A DNA stretch of 64,000 nt, taken from the NCBI GenBank assembly GCA_029260825.1, contig JAJDCM010000102.1, forward strand, positions 3,447-67,446. The letters run 5' to 3'. A program made the translations under genes and the position numbers. Shown here in pieces: positions 10,272 to 20,376 of the stretch. The notes under the pieces were generated by a model. That model worked only from the letters and a program-made list of their open reading frames with translations, ran no database searches and was not told the DNA's origin. Numbering within the stretch: position 1 is the stretch's first letter; each line of letters opens with the position of its first letter. This DNA is from Planctomycetota bacterium. GTDB taxonomy: Bacteria; Planctomycetota; JACOTG01; JAJDCM01.

Positions 10272-11513
10272 ATGAAGTTTGAATACGAAGCATTTGATCG
10301 CAAGGGCGAACGATTCCGCAAGACCATCAATGCGGAAAACTGGGACGAAGCGACCACGAAGATCCGAGCTCGCGGCTATCTCCCTCTCACCGTTTCCGGA
10401 ATCACTCGAGGCGAAGAGGATGCTCGAAAGCAACGTTCGGTCTTGCGGCGCCTGGTTCCCCGGGTACCCTGGCCCCGCCACAAAGATGTGATCTACTTCA
10501 CCCGCCGCATGGCCACTCTCCTTGGCTCGGGTATTTCGGTGGGTCGATCTCTTGAGATCCTGAAGAATCAGTTCTACGGACAACCGATGGAGAAGGTCGT
10601 CAGCGATGTTCGGGAGGCGCTGGATCGAGGGCGATCCTTCGCCGACTCTTTTGCCGAGCACCCTCGCACCTTCGGGGAATTCTACCGCGCGGTAGTTCAT
10701 GCCGGAGAATTTGGCGGAGACCTGGATGGGTCGTTGCGTCGCCTGGCGGATCAACTCGAGCTCGCCCGGGCGAGAAAGAGGAAACTCGTTTCATCGTTGA
10801 TCTATCCGGTGATTGTCATTCTTCTTTCCTTTACCATCGTCACCATCATCGCGACGTTCATCATCCCGTTCTTTCGTGAAGTCTACGAGAGTTCCGGAAT
10901 GACCGAGCTTCCCGCGCTGACCGAAGGTCTCCTCAAGGTCAATCAGACCTTCCTCGACTGCTGGTGGATTCTTGCCCTGCTGATCACCGCTGTGGTCTCG
11001 AGCGTCGTGTTCGGGCGAAAAACCAAAAAGGGCCGGTATGCCATGGATCTCGCCCTACTCCGCATTCCCGTCGTTGGGGGGATGATCCGTCGCCACAATC
11101 TAGCCTGGTTCCACCGTACCCTTGGCGCCATGCAAGAATCCGGCGTTGGACTCATCGAAGGCCTTGAAGTGGTCCGTCGTGTGGTCAACAACACGGTCTT
11201 GAAGGAAGCTGCGGCCGACATCCGGCGCAAGGTCTCCGAGGGAGCGACCATCACGGACGTGATGAATCGCAACAAGATCTTTGATGTCTACGCCACAAGC
11301 ATGGTTGACGTTGGAGAAGAGTCCGGCCGTCTCTCCGACATGATGTACGCCATTGCCGACAGCTACGATGAAGACCTCGACACCCTCTATGAGCGAATTG
11401 ACGCCCTCTTCACCCCGGCAACAATCGTGGTCCTGGGTGTCATGGTCGCTGTAACCGTGGTTGCGCTCCTACTTCCCTACTTCAAGTACATCCAGAGCCT
11501 GACCGAGGTGTAA
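10272..11513 (+). CDS. gspF: GspF/PilC-family inner-membrane platform protein
   Basis: Has an N-terminal MKFEYEAFDRKGERFRKTINAENWDEATTKIRARGYLP typical of PilC/GspF. It also has two T2SSF-type repeats with predicted TM helices. Length is 413 aa. Confidence 0.85.
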   Translation: MKFEYEAFDRKGERFRKTINAENWDEATTKIRARGYLPLTVSGITRGEEDARKQRSVLRRLVPRVPWPRHKDVIYFTRRMATLLGSGISVGRSLEILKNQFYGQPMEKVVSDVREALDRGRSFADSFAEHPRTFGEFYRAVVHAGEFGGDLDGSLRRLADQLELARARKRKLVSSLIYPVIVILLSFTIVTIIATFIIPFFREVYESSGMTELPALTEGLLKVNQTFLDCWWILALLITAVVSSVVFGRKTKKGRYAMDLALLRIPVVGGMIRRHNLAWFHRTLGAMQESGVGLIEGLEVVRRVVNNTVLKEAAADIRRKVSEGATITDVMNRNKIFDVYATSMVDVGEESGRLSDMMYAIADSYDEDLDTLYERIDALFTPATIVVLGVMVAVTVVALLLPYFKYIQSLTEV

Positions 11514-11539
11514 ACAAGAACCAAGATGGCAAATGGAAG

Positions 11540-13486
11540 CTAAGAACTCACCAGATAGGAAGTGACTCTGTTCTCGACTCCCTTGACCTGAAGCTTGTCG
11601 TGGAAACAACACGACACTTCATCCTTCACCTGATCAAAGGTCGTCTCGGAAATGAGGATCCCCCCCGGCGGTGCGCTACTCTCCAGACGGGAAGCAAGGT
11701 TTACCGAGGCCCCTACGACCGTATAGGAAAGCCTTCGAGCTGATCCCATGTTGCCAACAACCATCGGACCGGTGTGGATCCCGATGCGAATGACAAGATC
11801 CATGCCTCCCCTTCTCTTCCAGGCTTCGCGAAGGTCCCTGGATTTCTGCTGCATCTCGATTCCGGCTCTCACACATCGAAGGGCATGATCCGCCTGGGGT
11901 TCGGGGTCACCGAAAAAGACCATCAGGCCATCGCCGATGAACTTGTCCACCGTCCCTCCGTGGCGAAAGACGATCTCGACCATGGCGCCGAAATACTCGT
12001 TCAAGGCGTTCTGGACCTCGAGCGGATCAAGTCGTTCAGACATCTGGGTGAAATTCTTGATGTCGCTGAAGAGAACCGTGAGCTCTTTCTTGTTCCCCAT
12101 CGGTTGAAACAACTGTGACTGAGAGATCAGTCGACGGGTTACCGCCGGCGGGAAATAGGCATCGAACATACTCCGAAGCCTCGTTTTCTCCTTCTCTTCA
12201 AGGATGTACCTGCGCCCGAGGGTCAGGCCCACCAAACAGGTGAGCATGAGGATGGGTCGAACTAGATTACCAACCATCCCTCCCCAGATCATGGCGCCGG
12301 CGAACCCAAAAACAACAACGATTGCCACAAGCGCACTTGCAAAAAAGAAGGAAGAAGACCTGCCCAAAATCGACAACAGGAGCAGAACAACACAAAGTCC
12401 CAGCTCCACCGACCAGGTTTCCCGCAAAGACAACTCCCTCAGAAAGTCTTGCTTCAAGATCGAGTTTGCAATGCTCACGTGACCGCCTACGAGCGGATAC
12501 GCCGGGTCGGTGGGAACCGCTCCAATATCATGGCTCGCCATGGAAACATCGCCGATGAAGACGATTTTCCCCTCAAACTTCTCCCTCCAGACCTCCGGAT
12601 AATCATGGACATCTTCACAAACTTCCACAAAAGAGATGGGCTCAACGCTCGACCACGGAAGGAGATAGTTGACGAGGATGTTTCCCCTGTCGTCGATAGG
12701 AATCGTGATGTCATTCGTCTCGCCGCCGGGAAGGACCGCCTCTTTGATGAGAATGTGCTTGCCCACTTCGATCGAAATCAGCTCTGGCCCTACCTGTAAA
12801 AAGTGGCACACCGCAGCAAACGAAAGATTCGGCACCCACCCCCCGTCATACCGGGTGATCAGTGGAATCCGCCGAACGAATCCATCCCGGTCCGGCTGAT
12901 GATTGATATGCCCCTGGCCCACCGCAGCATCGCCAAGAGCAGAAAACGTGGGACGCGGACGAGAGCCATGCAACAGCCCCCCTCCGTAGTCATTGCCGAT
13001 TTCACTCCAAACCCAAGAATGCGCTGGCTCTTGCCGAAACGAATCCTCCGAAGTCTCGCCTGGAAGCTCAAGCGATGTTTGAAAGAGAAGACTATAGAAA
13101 ACATTACCGGCTTCGCGGGTCGCCCGAATGAGTTCCTCATCTTTCTTGGCGTCTTTTTCTCCCCCGAAGACAACATCCCAGGCTTGCGCCGAAGCACCGG
13201 TTGCCCCAAGTGCTCGAACCACTCGAGAACACCATTCCCGATCCAGGTAGAGACTGCCAAGAGCATCAAAACTCTCCTGATCGAGAACAACACACGCAAC
13301 CTTGTCGTGAAGCTGGAAGGCCTCCGATCGCCATTTCTGACGAAGGCCATAGAGAAGGTCCGTGGCCTGCAGATTCCACGTGTCCAGGAGAGATGGGAAG
13401 AGAAGGAAACCCAGGTGAGAAATGAGAAAGGAGGCTGATACCGCAACAACCGCACCGAGCCAGGCCTTGCTCTTAGCGGTGATCAA
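11540..13486 (-). CDS. CHASE2-sensor class III adenylate/guanylate cyclase
   Basis: Has an N-terminal TM, a roughly 330-aa periplasmic region, and three TM helices. The C-terminal cyclase core is FSDIKNFTQMSERLD...VDKFIGDGLMVFFG. The start codon appears to be TTG and lies inside the 3' end of the upstream lipoprotein gene. Confidence 0.8.
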   Translation of the reverse strand: MITAKSKAWLGAVVAVSASFLISHLGFLLFPSLLDTWNLQATDLLYGLRQKWRSEAFQLHDKVACVVLDQESFDALGSLYLDREWCSRVVRALGATGASAQAWDVVFGGEKDAKKDEELIRATREAGNVFYSLLFQTSLELPGETSEDSFRQEPAHSWVWSEIGNDYGGGLLHGSRPRPTFSALGDAAVGQGHINHQPDRDGFVRRIPLITRYDGGWVPNLSFAAVCHFLQVGPELISIEVGKHILIKEAVLPGGETNDITIPIDDRGNILVNYLLPWSSVEPISFVEVCEDVHDYPEVWREKFEGKIVFIGDVSMASHDIGAVPTDPAYPLVGGHVSIANSILKQDFLRELSLRETWSVELGLCVVLLLLSILGRSSSFFFASALVAIVVVFGFAGAMIWGGMVGNLVRPILMLTCLVGLTLGRRYILEEKEKTRLRSMFDAYFPPAVTRRLISQSQLFQPMGNKKELTVLFSDIKNFTQMSERLDPLEVQNALNEYFGAMVEIVFRHGGTVDKFIGDGLMVFFGDPEPQADHALRCVRAGIEMQQKSRDLREAWKRRGGMDLVIRIGIHTGPMVVGNMGSARRLSYTVVGASVNLASRLESSAPPGGILISETTFDQVKDEVSCCFHDKLQVKGVENRVTSYLVSS

Positions 13487-14162
13487 TCGTAAATCTTTTG
13501 TAGAGGAAGCCGTTCACGGTAAACTCCGTTCCCTTTTGGTTGCTGAGTTCGTCGTCTCCACTCCGAAGAACTCCGCCGATGCTTACCGGGCGTGATCGAG
13601 CGATTTGTAGGCCAGCATGATCCCGCTTGAGGATCTGGATCTGGCTCAAAACTTCCTTGTTCCTCTCTTTGATGTCTTCGAGAGGATTCTCTTTCCAGGA
13701 CTCCGTGCTCTGGCGAATGAGCTCATCCAGCTTGACAAGCCGGTTTCGCGACACGATCAAATGAACCCGCTCCTTCCCGACATTCTCGTCAAGAGGAACG
13801 TTTGAAAGAATCGAAACCACTCTGGGGTATGTCTGGTTACCCGAAAGCTCTTTTGGATTCCGGGGAAATAGAACCGACACCGATCTGTTTGTGTCTTCCC
13901 AGAAGACGTAAACAAAGGCCTTTTCCGGAAAATCGGCAACGATGTTCATCTCGGCCCCGCTCGAAAGAGTGGTGCCCGTTTTCAACGGGTGAAACACACG
14001 CCCCTTTTCGCTCTCGACCATCGCACCAGCAAGCCACTTGAAGAGAAGGGGCTTCTCGGGCTTGGAATCGAGCTCGCCCCTCGGCTCAACACCGTTGGAA
14101 GGAGGGCAACCCAAGAAGAAAGAGAACAACAGAGCCATCAGCACGGAATTTGGATACGTCAT
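13473..14162 (-). CDS. Lipoprotein, likely periplasmic partner of the CHASE2 cyclase
   Basis: Has a signal peptide with lipobox FFLGC. It overlaps the cyclase start by 14 nt. No recognisable catalytic motif. Confidence 0.5.
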   Translation of the reverse strand: MTYPNSVLMALLFSFFLGCPPSNGVEPRGELDSKPEKPLLFKWLAGAMVESEKGRVFHPLKTGTTLSSGAEMNIVADFPEKAFVYVFWEDTNRSVSVLFPRNPKELSGNQTYPRVVSILSNVPLDENVGKERVHLIVSRNRLVKLDELIRQSTESWKENPLEDIKERNKEVLSQIQILKRDHAGLQIARSRPVSIGGVLRSGDDELSNQKGTEFTVNGFLYKRFTIDHR

Positions 14163-14404
14163 GTGATTTCGGCCACTTGTTCAAGAATAGAAGTGATGGA
14201 ATGGGGATCCTGACACCTATCTATTTTACTCATTATCCAAAAAAGGGGAAGCGAAAAGACGAGTCGCCCTGGACAAGGATCGCTGCGTGCTTCATCCTGC
14301 CAGAGCTGGACTTAAGAGTCTGGACGGCCCCCTTCCAACCCGGCGATAACACTAGTATCATCGAGGCAATAATTTGTGAGAACTTCTCATCCAAACGTGG
14401 GTTC

Positions 14405-17400
14405 ATGAAACCAAAACCACAAAATTCGCTTACCCAACTCCTTGTCGCCCAGATAGAAGCCATTCTCGGGCTTTCTCCGGACGCCCTCATCGGATCCCGA
14501 AAAATCGCGGCAGCTATCGGGGAAGTGCTCGAACAGGGCGAACTCCATCGCGACGAACATTCCCTTCTTCTTGATGGGAGCCGCCGCTTCAAGCGTCCCG
14601 TGGATAGCCTCGTCTCTCTTCGACTCGAACGAGCCCTGATGAGCGGGCTGGAGGCCGCGATCCAGGAGACCGGTCGTCAGCCAAAGAGACCTACACCCAA
14701 GATCGCGGTTCTCTCCCCCGATGCTAGCCGGACGACGGAAGCCCCCCTCGCCAATGTAACCCAGCGACTCGAAGAAACTCTTCAATCTCCACCTCCTGAT
14801 GCGACTCAAGGAATCGAACAACTTTCAGAACCCCATCCGGGTGGGACTCTTGTCATCTCCGACAAAGATACCCATCGCCAGATTCAAGACGAGGAGATCA
14901 GACAGAGCAGGACCATGAAGTCCGAGGAAGTCGAGCCACCAAAGAACCCTTCCTCGGGATTTGGAACCACCGGGTCCTCCGGCCGCGGCCTCTCTCTTTC
15001 GCGGCTTGGACACGTCTACTTTGCCGAATTCTCACAAGAAATCGGCAGCCTTCAGAACCACCTGAAGAGCCTGGCCCATCGTTCTCCGCGGGATCACACG
15101 CCCGACATCGAGGTCGGTCAGAAACTTCAAGGCAAATACCAGATCGAGAAGCTCATCGGAAAGGGCGGCTTTGGTGCCGTTTATCTTGCAACCGACCTCA
15201 CCCTCGGGTCACCGGTCGCCATCAAAGTACTTCATGCCAGACACACCGGTCCGGCCGATCGTGAAGCGTTCAAGGAAGAGGCTCGTCGCGTTACACGCCT
15301 CAAGCATCCCAACGTTGTGGATTGGAAGGTCTTTGAGGAGCGAGAAGACGGATCCTACTTCTTCGTCATGGAGTTTCTTGAAGGGGAAGAACTCGCCGAT
15401 ACTCTGACCCGTGAAAAAACCATTTCCGCCGATCGAACCGCCCGGATCCTTCTTGAGGTTCTTTCCGCGTTGCAGAGCGCCCACGATGTCTCCGAATCGG
15501 AGTCCATCCTACACCTCGACCTGAAACCCCAAAACGTCTTCCTGGTCAGAGGGCGTGCCGGCCAGAACGAAAGAGTCAAGGTCATCGATTTCGGTCTCGG
15601 GTTGATCGCCGGTTCCACCGATTCGGAAACACTGACCACCGAAGAAAACTCTGACGAAGAGTCACCCCTTCCGACCGAGCCTTCAACGCACACCATCCGG
15701 ATCCCTCCCCCTTCCGCAAGTGAGAGTGGATCCCAATTTCGCCGATCCACGTCCTGCACTCCGGCCTTCGCATCTCCCGAACAAGCGGCTCATTTTTCTC
15801 GCCAGCTCGACAATCACGGCGTTCCCCTGAAGAATCGTGAAATGGTGCCCCTTGACGGTCGATCCGACCTCTATTCCCTGGGGGTCATGGGGTTTTACAT
15901 GCTGACGGGGAAATTCCCCTTCGACAAGAATCCCAAGAACGCATGGGAATGGCTCCGCCTGCACGCAGACGTCCCCCCGACCAAACTGACCTCCCTTTCA
16001 GTAAAGGGTCTTTCCCGCCCGTTGGCTCGATTCATCGATCGCTGCCTCGTCAAGGATCGGGACAAGCGGTGGCAAGATACTCACGAAGCCTACAAGGCTC
16101 TTCATCACATCGTTCATCCACCGGTGTGGAAGGCGGTGGCCAAGGTAACCGTACCCCTTGTAATACTCGCCGCGATCCTCACCACCTACCTTGCCCTCAA
16201 ACAGCCGGCTCAGCGATTCGGTCTGCGAATGAAGACCAGCGATCAGTCGACCCAGATCGATCTCGCCCAGCAAACCCTCTTCCTTGGCCCGGAGCGAAGA
16301 TCCGTTCTGGTGATCCCGATTCAAGCTCCGGACACATCTTCGAAGAAGGCCCCGGTTCGCCTTCTCGATCGACCGGAGGACGATGCAACCTTGATTCCCG
16401 GATGGTCCGCACGGTGGACCCCATCAGGGGAAATTGAAATCTATAGCGAGGATCCATCCTCCGATTACCGAGGACCGGTTCATCTCGAACTTGAGGGGGC
16501 CGGTCGCGATCGATTCTCGAACGCCTTCCAGTTGGTATCCCTACCGGCAAGTAGCTGGAATCTCCTTCCGGTAACAATCGAGAATATCTCCTCCCGAGAA
16601 CTCGATCCAAAGGGCTACGAGCTTGAGATTCGGGTCCGGGCCCGAGACAAAAAAGACATCGACGAGGTACGAATCGAGCTCGGCCGCAGGTCAGAGATCG
16701 CTCGAGTCGCGGGCGAGCAAGGAGGGGTCCAGCTCTTCCGGGTTCCTCTTGAGTCTCTCTCGTTTCAGCCAGGAGAAAACGAGCTCAAGGTCATCTGTAG
16801 AGATCACGCGAACGGAGTGCAGGAATCAATCACCTCCATTCCAATCGAGCCTCGTGAACTTTCGCTCCTTCGCACCAGCGTATCTGCCGGAAGCCGAAAT
16901 CTCATTCCGGCAGATAGCATATACTATCTGTTCTCCAACACAAACCCACTCCTGAGCGTCGAGCTCAATCGCATTGCCGATCTCGACTGGAAGGTTCTCA
17001 ACGAACAAGATGAGACGATTCTCTCTTCCGGGCGATCAGACGGAAAGAAAACCCATCAAGTCTCGCTCCGGCAAGCTTTCGTCAGCCAGGAAGAGGCCTT
17101 CCGAGGGATCGTTCAACTTGAGATCGACGATCGAAACTACGTGCTTCGGGAAACCGAATCCAGGGGGCACACAAACCCAGCTCCCCTTCGATTCTGGTAT
17201 CGAGTGGATCCTCCTGAATTCAGAACCATCAGCCTTCTCAGTCCCGGACAACCGTCAAAAGACCTGAAGCCGGGTGAACCGGCATACGCCAATCAGCGAG
17301 ATCTTGAGATCGCCCTCTCCCGCCGATACCGATCTTCCATGGATGTCGGTCTTCGCATCCGAAAAGACAATGGCCCCTGGACCGAATTCCCCCCCATCCC

Positions 17401-19240
17401 TCTTTCCGGGCCCATCGCCCAGGATGAGGCCAGGCACCGGGTTCCATTCCCCATAGATGGTCGTTATGAAATCCAGGGCCTGATCTTCCTCCATACAGAA
17501 AGTGGGGCGGTAGGAAAGGACCGACAGGAGTCTCCATCCCTTCATCTCATCATCGATTCCGTCCCCCCAACCCTCCAGCTTGAGCAAAAGGAAGCGGCCC
17601 CTGTTCTTTCTCGCAAGGGCGATCTGGTGCAACCCGTTGAGCTCAGCATCGGCAACAAAGCCGGCAACAGATCGCCGGTCCCTGTCGACCTTCTCTGGTC
17701 TCTCGTGCGCACAGATGCAAGCGGAGTCAATCAAGAGATCCCCATCACGCTCACCCCTACAACTCTACTCGATGATCAACCCCGGTCTGTTTCCATTCCA
17801 TCGGTCTGGGACAACACACCCGCGAACCCCGATGGTCAATACATCCTGACGGTCTCCGGAACGGACCGGGCAGGGAATATCGCAACACCGACTCAGGCTT
17901 CGTGGACGGTATCCCAGTCGGGTCCAACTTGTGAAACTCTCGAACCCAGTAAAACAAGCTATCTATGGGAACGCCAGAAGGACGATCAGTGGATCGTTCG
18001 CATCCGCAGCACCGACAACAACGGAACGGACAGTGTTCGCTGCACGCTGGTACCTCGGCTCACCGGACCCGACGCTCCGGCCCCTCTTCTCCTCGCTCTC
18101 TCCCCCCGGGAAAGCGGCGCTGGAACGACCAGTATCTGGGAAGGCGAAGTTTCATTCCGGTCCGTTTGGTCCAACGCGGAAGTTGAAATTCGACTCGAGG
18201 CAGGAGATCGCCTGGGAAAAACCAGCTTGACTCTTGCGCACGTGGCAAAACTCCCGGACATTCGACCCAACCATCCACGCCTGATCCAGGTCAGAAAGAC
18301 GGATGAAGAAACCGATGCTCCGATCGCCTCCATGCGATTGGTCCCTGGAAATCGGGAGCGAACCTATCGATTTCATGGACGTGGAGATCTGATCGAGGCC
18401 GATCAATTCGAAAAATGCGGCGTCGGACTTCGGAGCCTGGACTGGTCCTGGGACATTGAATATGAACGAGGATTCATCGAGGACTACTACCTGGATGAAA
18501 CCGAGGTGACTCGAGGACAGTTCCTCGCTTTTCTCGCATCTCCCTCGGGCTACCTCAATCCAGAACTCTGGCCCGAAAGCTCCGACATCGACCCGTCTTC
18601 GAATCGGCATCAAGAATTGACTGCACGTTTTTCCTCCGGCGATAAGATGCTTCCCGCTACGGCGGTGACCTGGGAAGAAGCATCCGCCTACGCCAGATGG
18701 GTGGGAAAACGTCTCCCCTCCTCTGTGGAATGGGAATATGCCGTGCGCGGAGGAGCTCAATACCGACCTTATGCCGCCTATTCCCCGAGCACGGCGCGAG
18801 ATGATACGGAGTTCAATTTCAACGGTTCGGGAGAACTGTGGCCCGTAACCCGTGGCAATGACCTTGCTTTGGAATCAGGAATTCGCAACCTCGATACAAA
18901 TGCCATGGAGTGGACCGGGACCCCGACAAGATTCTCCAGCGAATCGTCGCCGGAGAATCCGGAAAAAGATGAGGCAAGGAGCAATCAGAACGCATTTGCC
19001 TATCCCGATCGCTTCCCCACGGAGACTCAAGCTCTCGGCGAGTTCTATGCAGTAGGTGGCCATACCCGAAGTCGTGTGGCCCATGTCGCCAAGTCCGATA
19101 TTTTCCACCGAAGAGAGAGTACCGACTACCTCGGATTTCGTTGTGCCGTCTCGGCCGATCTTGTTTCTCGCAACCGGGAAGCAGGGAGCTCCCGGCCCAT
19201 CCAATTCGAACGTGTTCCCGGAAAAGGCCCCACAAAATGA
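14405..19240 (+). CDS. Membrane Ser/Thr protein kinase with C-terminal FGE-sulfatase (SUMF1-like) domain
   Basis: Kinase motifs are IGKGGFGAVYLATD, AIKVL, HLDLKPQNVFL and DFGL. A TM helix VTVPLVILAAILTTYLAL follows. The C-terminal FGE domain includes RGQFLAFL, ATAVTWEEASAYARWVGKRLPSSVEWEYAVRGG and GFRCAVS. I chose the ATG at 14405 over the track start at 14150, which would overlap the divergent lipoprotein gene. Confidence 0.75.
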   Translation: MKPKPQNSLTQLLVAQIEAILGLSPDALIGSRKIAAAIGEVLEQGELHRDEHSLLLDGSRRFKRPVDSLVSLRLERALMSGLEAAIQETGRQPKRPTPKIAVLSPDASRTTEAPLANVTQRLEETLQSPPPDATQGIEQLSEPHPGGTLVISDKDTHRQIQDEEIRQSRTMKSEEVEPPKNPSSGFGTTGSSGRGLSLSRLGHVYFAEFSQEIGSLQNHLKSLAHRSPRDHTPDIEVGQKLQGKYQIEKLIGKGGFGAVYLATDLTLGSPVAIKVLHARHTGPADREAFKEEARRVTRLKHPNVVDWKVFEEREDGSYFFVMEFLEGEELADTLTREKTISADRTARILLEVLSALQSAHDVSESESILHLDLKPQNVFLVRGRAGQNERVKVIDFGLGLIAGSTDSETLTTEENSDEESPLPTEPSTHTIRIPPPSASESGSQFRRSTSCTPAFASPEQAAHFSRQLDNHGVPLKNREMVPLDGRSDLYSLGVMGFYMLTGKFPFDKNPKNAWEWLRLHADVPPTKLTSLSVKGLSRPLARFIDRCLVKDRDKRWQDTHEAYKALHHIVHPPVWKAVAKVTVPLVILAAILTTYLALKQPAQRFGLRMKTSDQSTQIDLAQQTLFLGPERRSVLVIPIQAPDTSSKKAPVRLLDRPEDDATLIPGWSARWTPSGEIEIYSEDPSSDYRGPVHLELEGAGRDRFSNAFQLVSLPASSWNLLPVTIENISSRELDPKGYELEIRVRARDKKDIDEVRIELGRRSEIARVAGEQGGVQLFRVPLESLSFQPGENELKVICRDHANGVQESITSIPIEPRELSLLRTSVSAGSRNLIPADSIYYLFSNTNPLLSVELNRIADLDWKVLNEQDETILSSGRSDGKKTHQVSLRQAFVSQEEAFRGIVQLEIDDRNYVLRETESRGHTNPAPLRFWYRVDPPEFRTISLLSPGQPSKDLKPGEPAYANQRDLEIALSRRYRSSMDVGLRIRKDNGPWTEFPPIPLSGPIAQDEARHRVPFPIDGRYEIQGLIFLHTESGAVGKDRQESPSLHLIIDSVPPTLQLEQKEAAPVLSRKGDLVQPVELSIGNKAGNRSPVPVDLLWSLVRTDASGVNQEIPITLTPTTLLDDQPRSVSIPSVWDNTPANPDGQYILTVSGTDRAGNIATPTQASWTVSQSGPTCETLEPSKTSYLWERQKDDQWIVRIRSTDNNGTDSVRCTLVPRLTGPDAPAPLLLALSPRESGAGTTSIWEGEVSFRSVWSNAEVEIRLEAGDRLGKTSLTLAHVAKLPDIRPNHPRLIQVRKTDEETDAPIASMRLVPGNRERTYRFHGRGDLIEADQFEKCGVGLRSLDWSWDIEYERGFIEDYYLDETEVTRGQFLAFLASPSGYLNPELWPESSDIDPSSNRHQELTARFSSGDKMLPATAVTWEEASAYARWVGKRLPSSVEWEYAVRGGAQYRPYAAYSPSTARDDTEFNFNGSGELWPVTRGNDLALESGIRNLDTNAMEWTGTPTRFSSESSPENPEKDEARSNQNAFAYPDRFPTETQALGEFYAVGGHTRSRVAHVAKSDIFHRRESTDYLGFRCAVSADLVSRNREAGSSRPIQFERVPGKGPTK

Positions 19241-20376
19241 GATGGCTTCTGATTTGCTTGATTCTTCTTCCAACGACTCCGTTGCTCACGGGTTGCAGTG
19301 CTCGAGGCCCCATCAAGGAACAGGAACTCCTTCCCTTTCACGTCGCCGTCCTTCCCGTCGAGACCCGGTCCTCTTCCTCCCTCGCTGACAGTTCCTTCTC
19401 CCTCGTCATCGAAAACGAATTGATCTCGCAAAGCCTATGCGAAGAACTTCAAGACAAGAGCTTTCAGCGAGCAAGCTTGCTCGATTATCCTCCCGATTCC
19501 GATCCGGAAACTTTCGCCAGAAAAGGACAGGCGGAAAAGAATCGCTGGTGGATCCAGCAGGCATCAGCCATCAAGGCAGACGTTGTGCTTGTTCCCCGGT
19601 TGACTTATCAGGAAGGCATTCAGGGGGAAAGTGAACCGTGGTACATCGTTCTTCCTTCCTTTCTTTTCCTCGGTCCGTTTCAGGTATTCGTGAAAGACAG
19701 GGTGTACAAGGGAAGCGCAACGCTGGAAGCACAGGTCCACGACCTCAACCCGATCGCAAGCTCTCAGGCTAGCCTTCTCAATCAAAGGGCCAGGGTGGTG
19801 AGCACCGAATCCAAATTCGAGGAGACAAAGCTCACGTTTCTTGATCGGGACGAAGGTGTTCTGAGCTTCGTCCCCATGCTTGTCTGTCCGACGGGCTGGC
19901 TCTCGAAAAACACTGAGGCAGCAAGGAAGAGCCTCAAGCAAACCATCGTGAGCGATCTCGCCAGGAACCTTGCCACAAGAATCAGTGCCTCCGATCGAAC
20001 CGCGATCCTTCAGGCACGAGAATCCGCGAATCACTACATTCTCCCGGAATCCGTGAAGGTGGTGAGAAAGAGCGATTCCAGCATTGATTTCACCGGGAGG
20101 GTGCTCCTGAATCCAGTCCGAGGCGTGGACCGACTCCGGGATTATTCGATCGAGATCGGCAGGGAGAGATATCCATTCCGTTTCACCGCTCCCGACATAG
20201 GAGAGGGTGAGGATCCATCCCAGGCTCTCTTCTACTATCAAATGGAGGCAACAATTCCGGCAGTGGAAGATGGAGAACTTCTCTCAACCATTCGAGTCAT
20301 CATTCGAGAGGGAGGTGCCCCTCCACGTTCGAGATCCTACACCTTCCCGATTGCCCTTGAGGATGAGGCAAGATAG
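19237..20376 (+). CDS. Lipoprotein of unknown function
   Basis: Begins MRWLLICLILLPTTPLLTGC, a lipobox. Its ATG overlaps the kinase-FGE stop in an ATGA arrangement. Confidence 0.5.
   Translation: MRWLLICLILLPTTPLLTGCSARGPIKEQELLPFHVAVLPVETRSSSSLADSSFSLVIENELISQSLCEELQDKSFQRASLLDYPPDSDPETFARKGQAEKNRWWIQQASAIKADVVLVPRLTYQEGIQGESEPWYIVLPSFLFLGPFQVFVKDRVYKGSATLEAQVHDLNPIASSQASLLNQRARVVSTESKFEETKLTFLDRDEGVLSFVPMLVCPTGWLSKNTEAARKSLKQTIVSDLARNLATRISASDRTAILQARESANHYILPESVKVVRKSDSSIDFTGRVLLNPVRGVDRLRDYSIEIGRERYPFRFTAPDIGEGEDPSQALFYYQMEATIPAVEDGELLSTIRVIIREGGAPPRSRSYTFPIALEDEAR

Noticed and set aside
14150-14404. Upstream extension of the kinase-FGE ORF to the track start at 14150.
   Set aside because: It would overlap the 5' end of the divergent lipoprotein gene by 13 nt. 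The first 85 residues are not kinase-like, and the internal ATG at 14405 leaves a sensible divergent promoter region.
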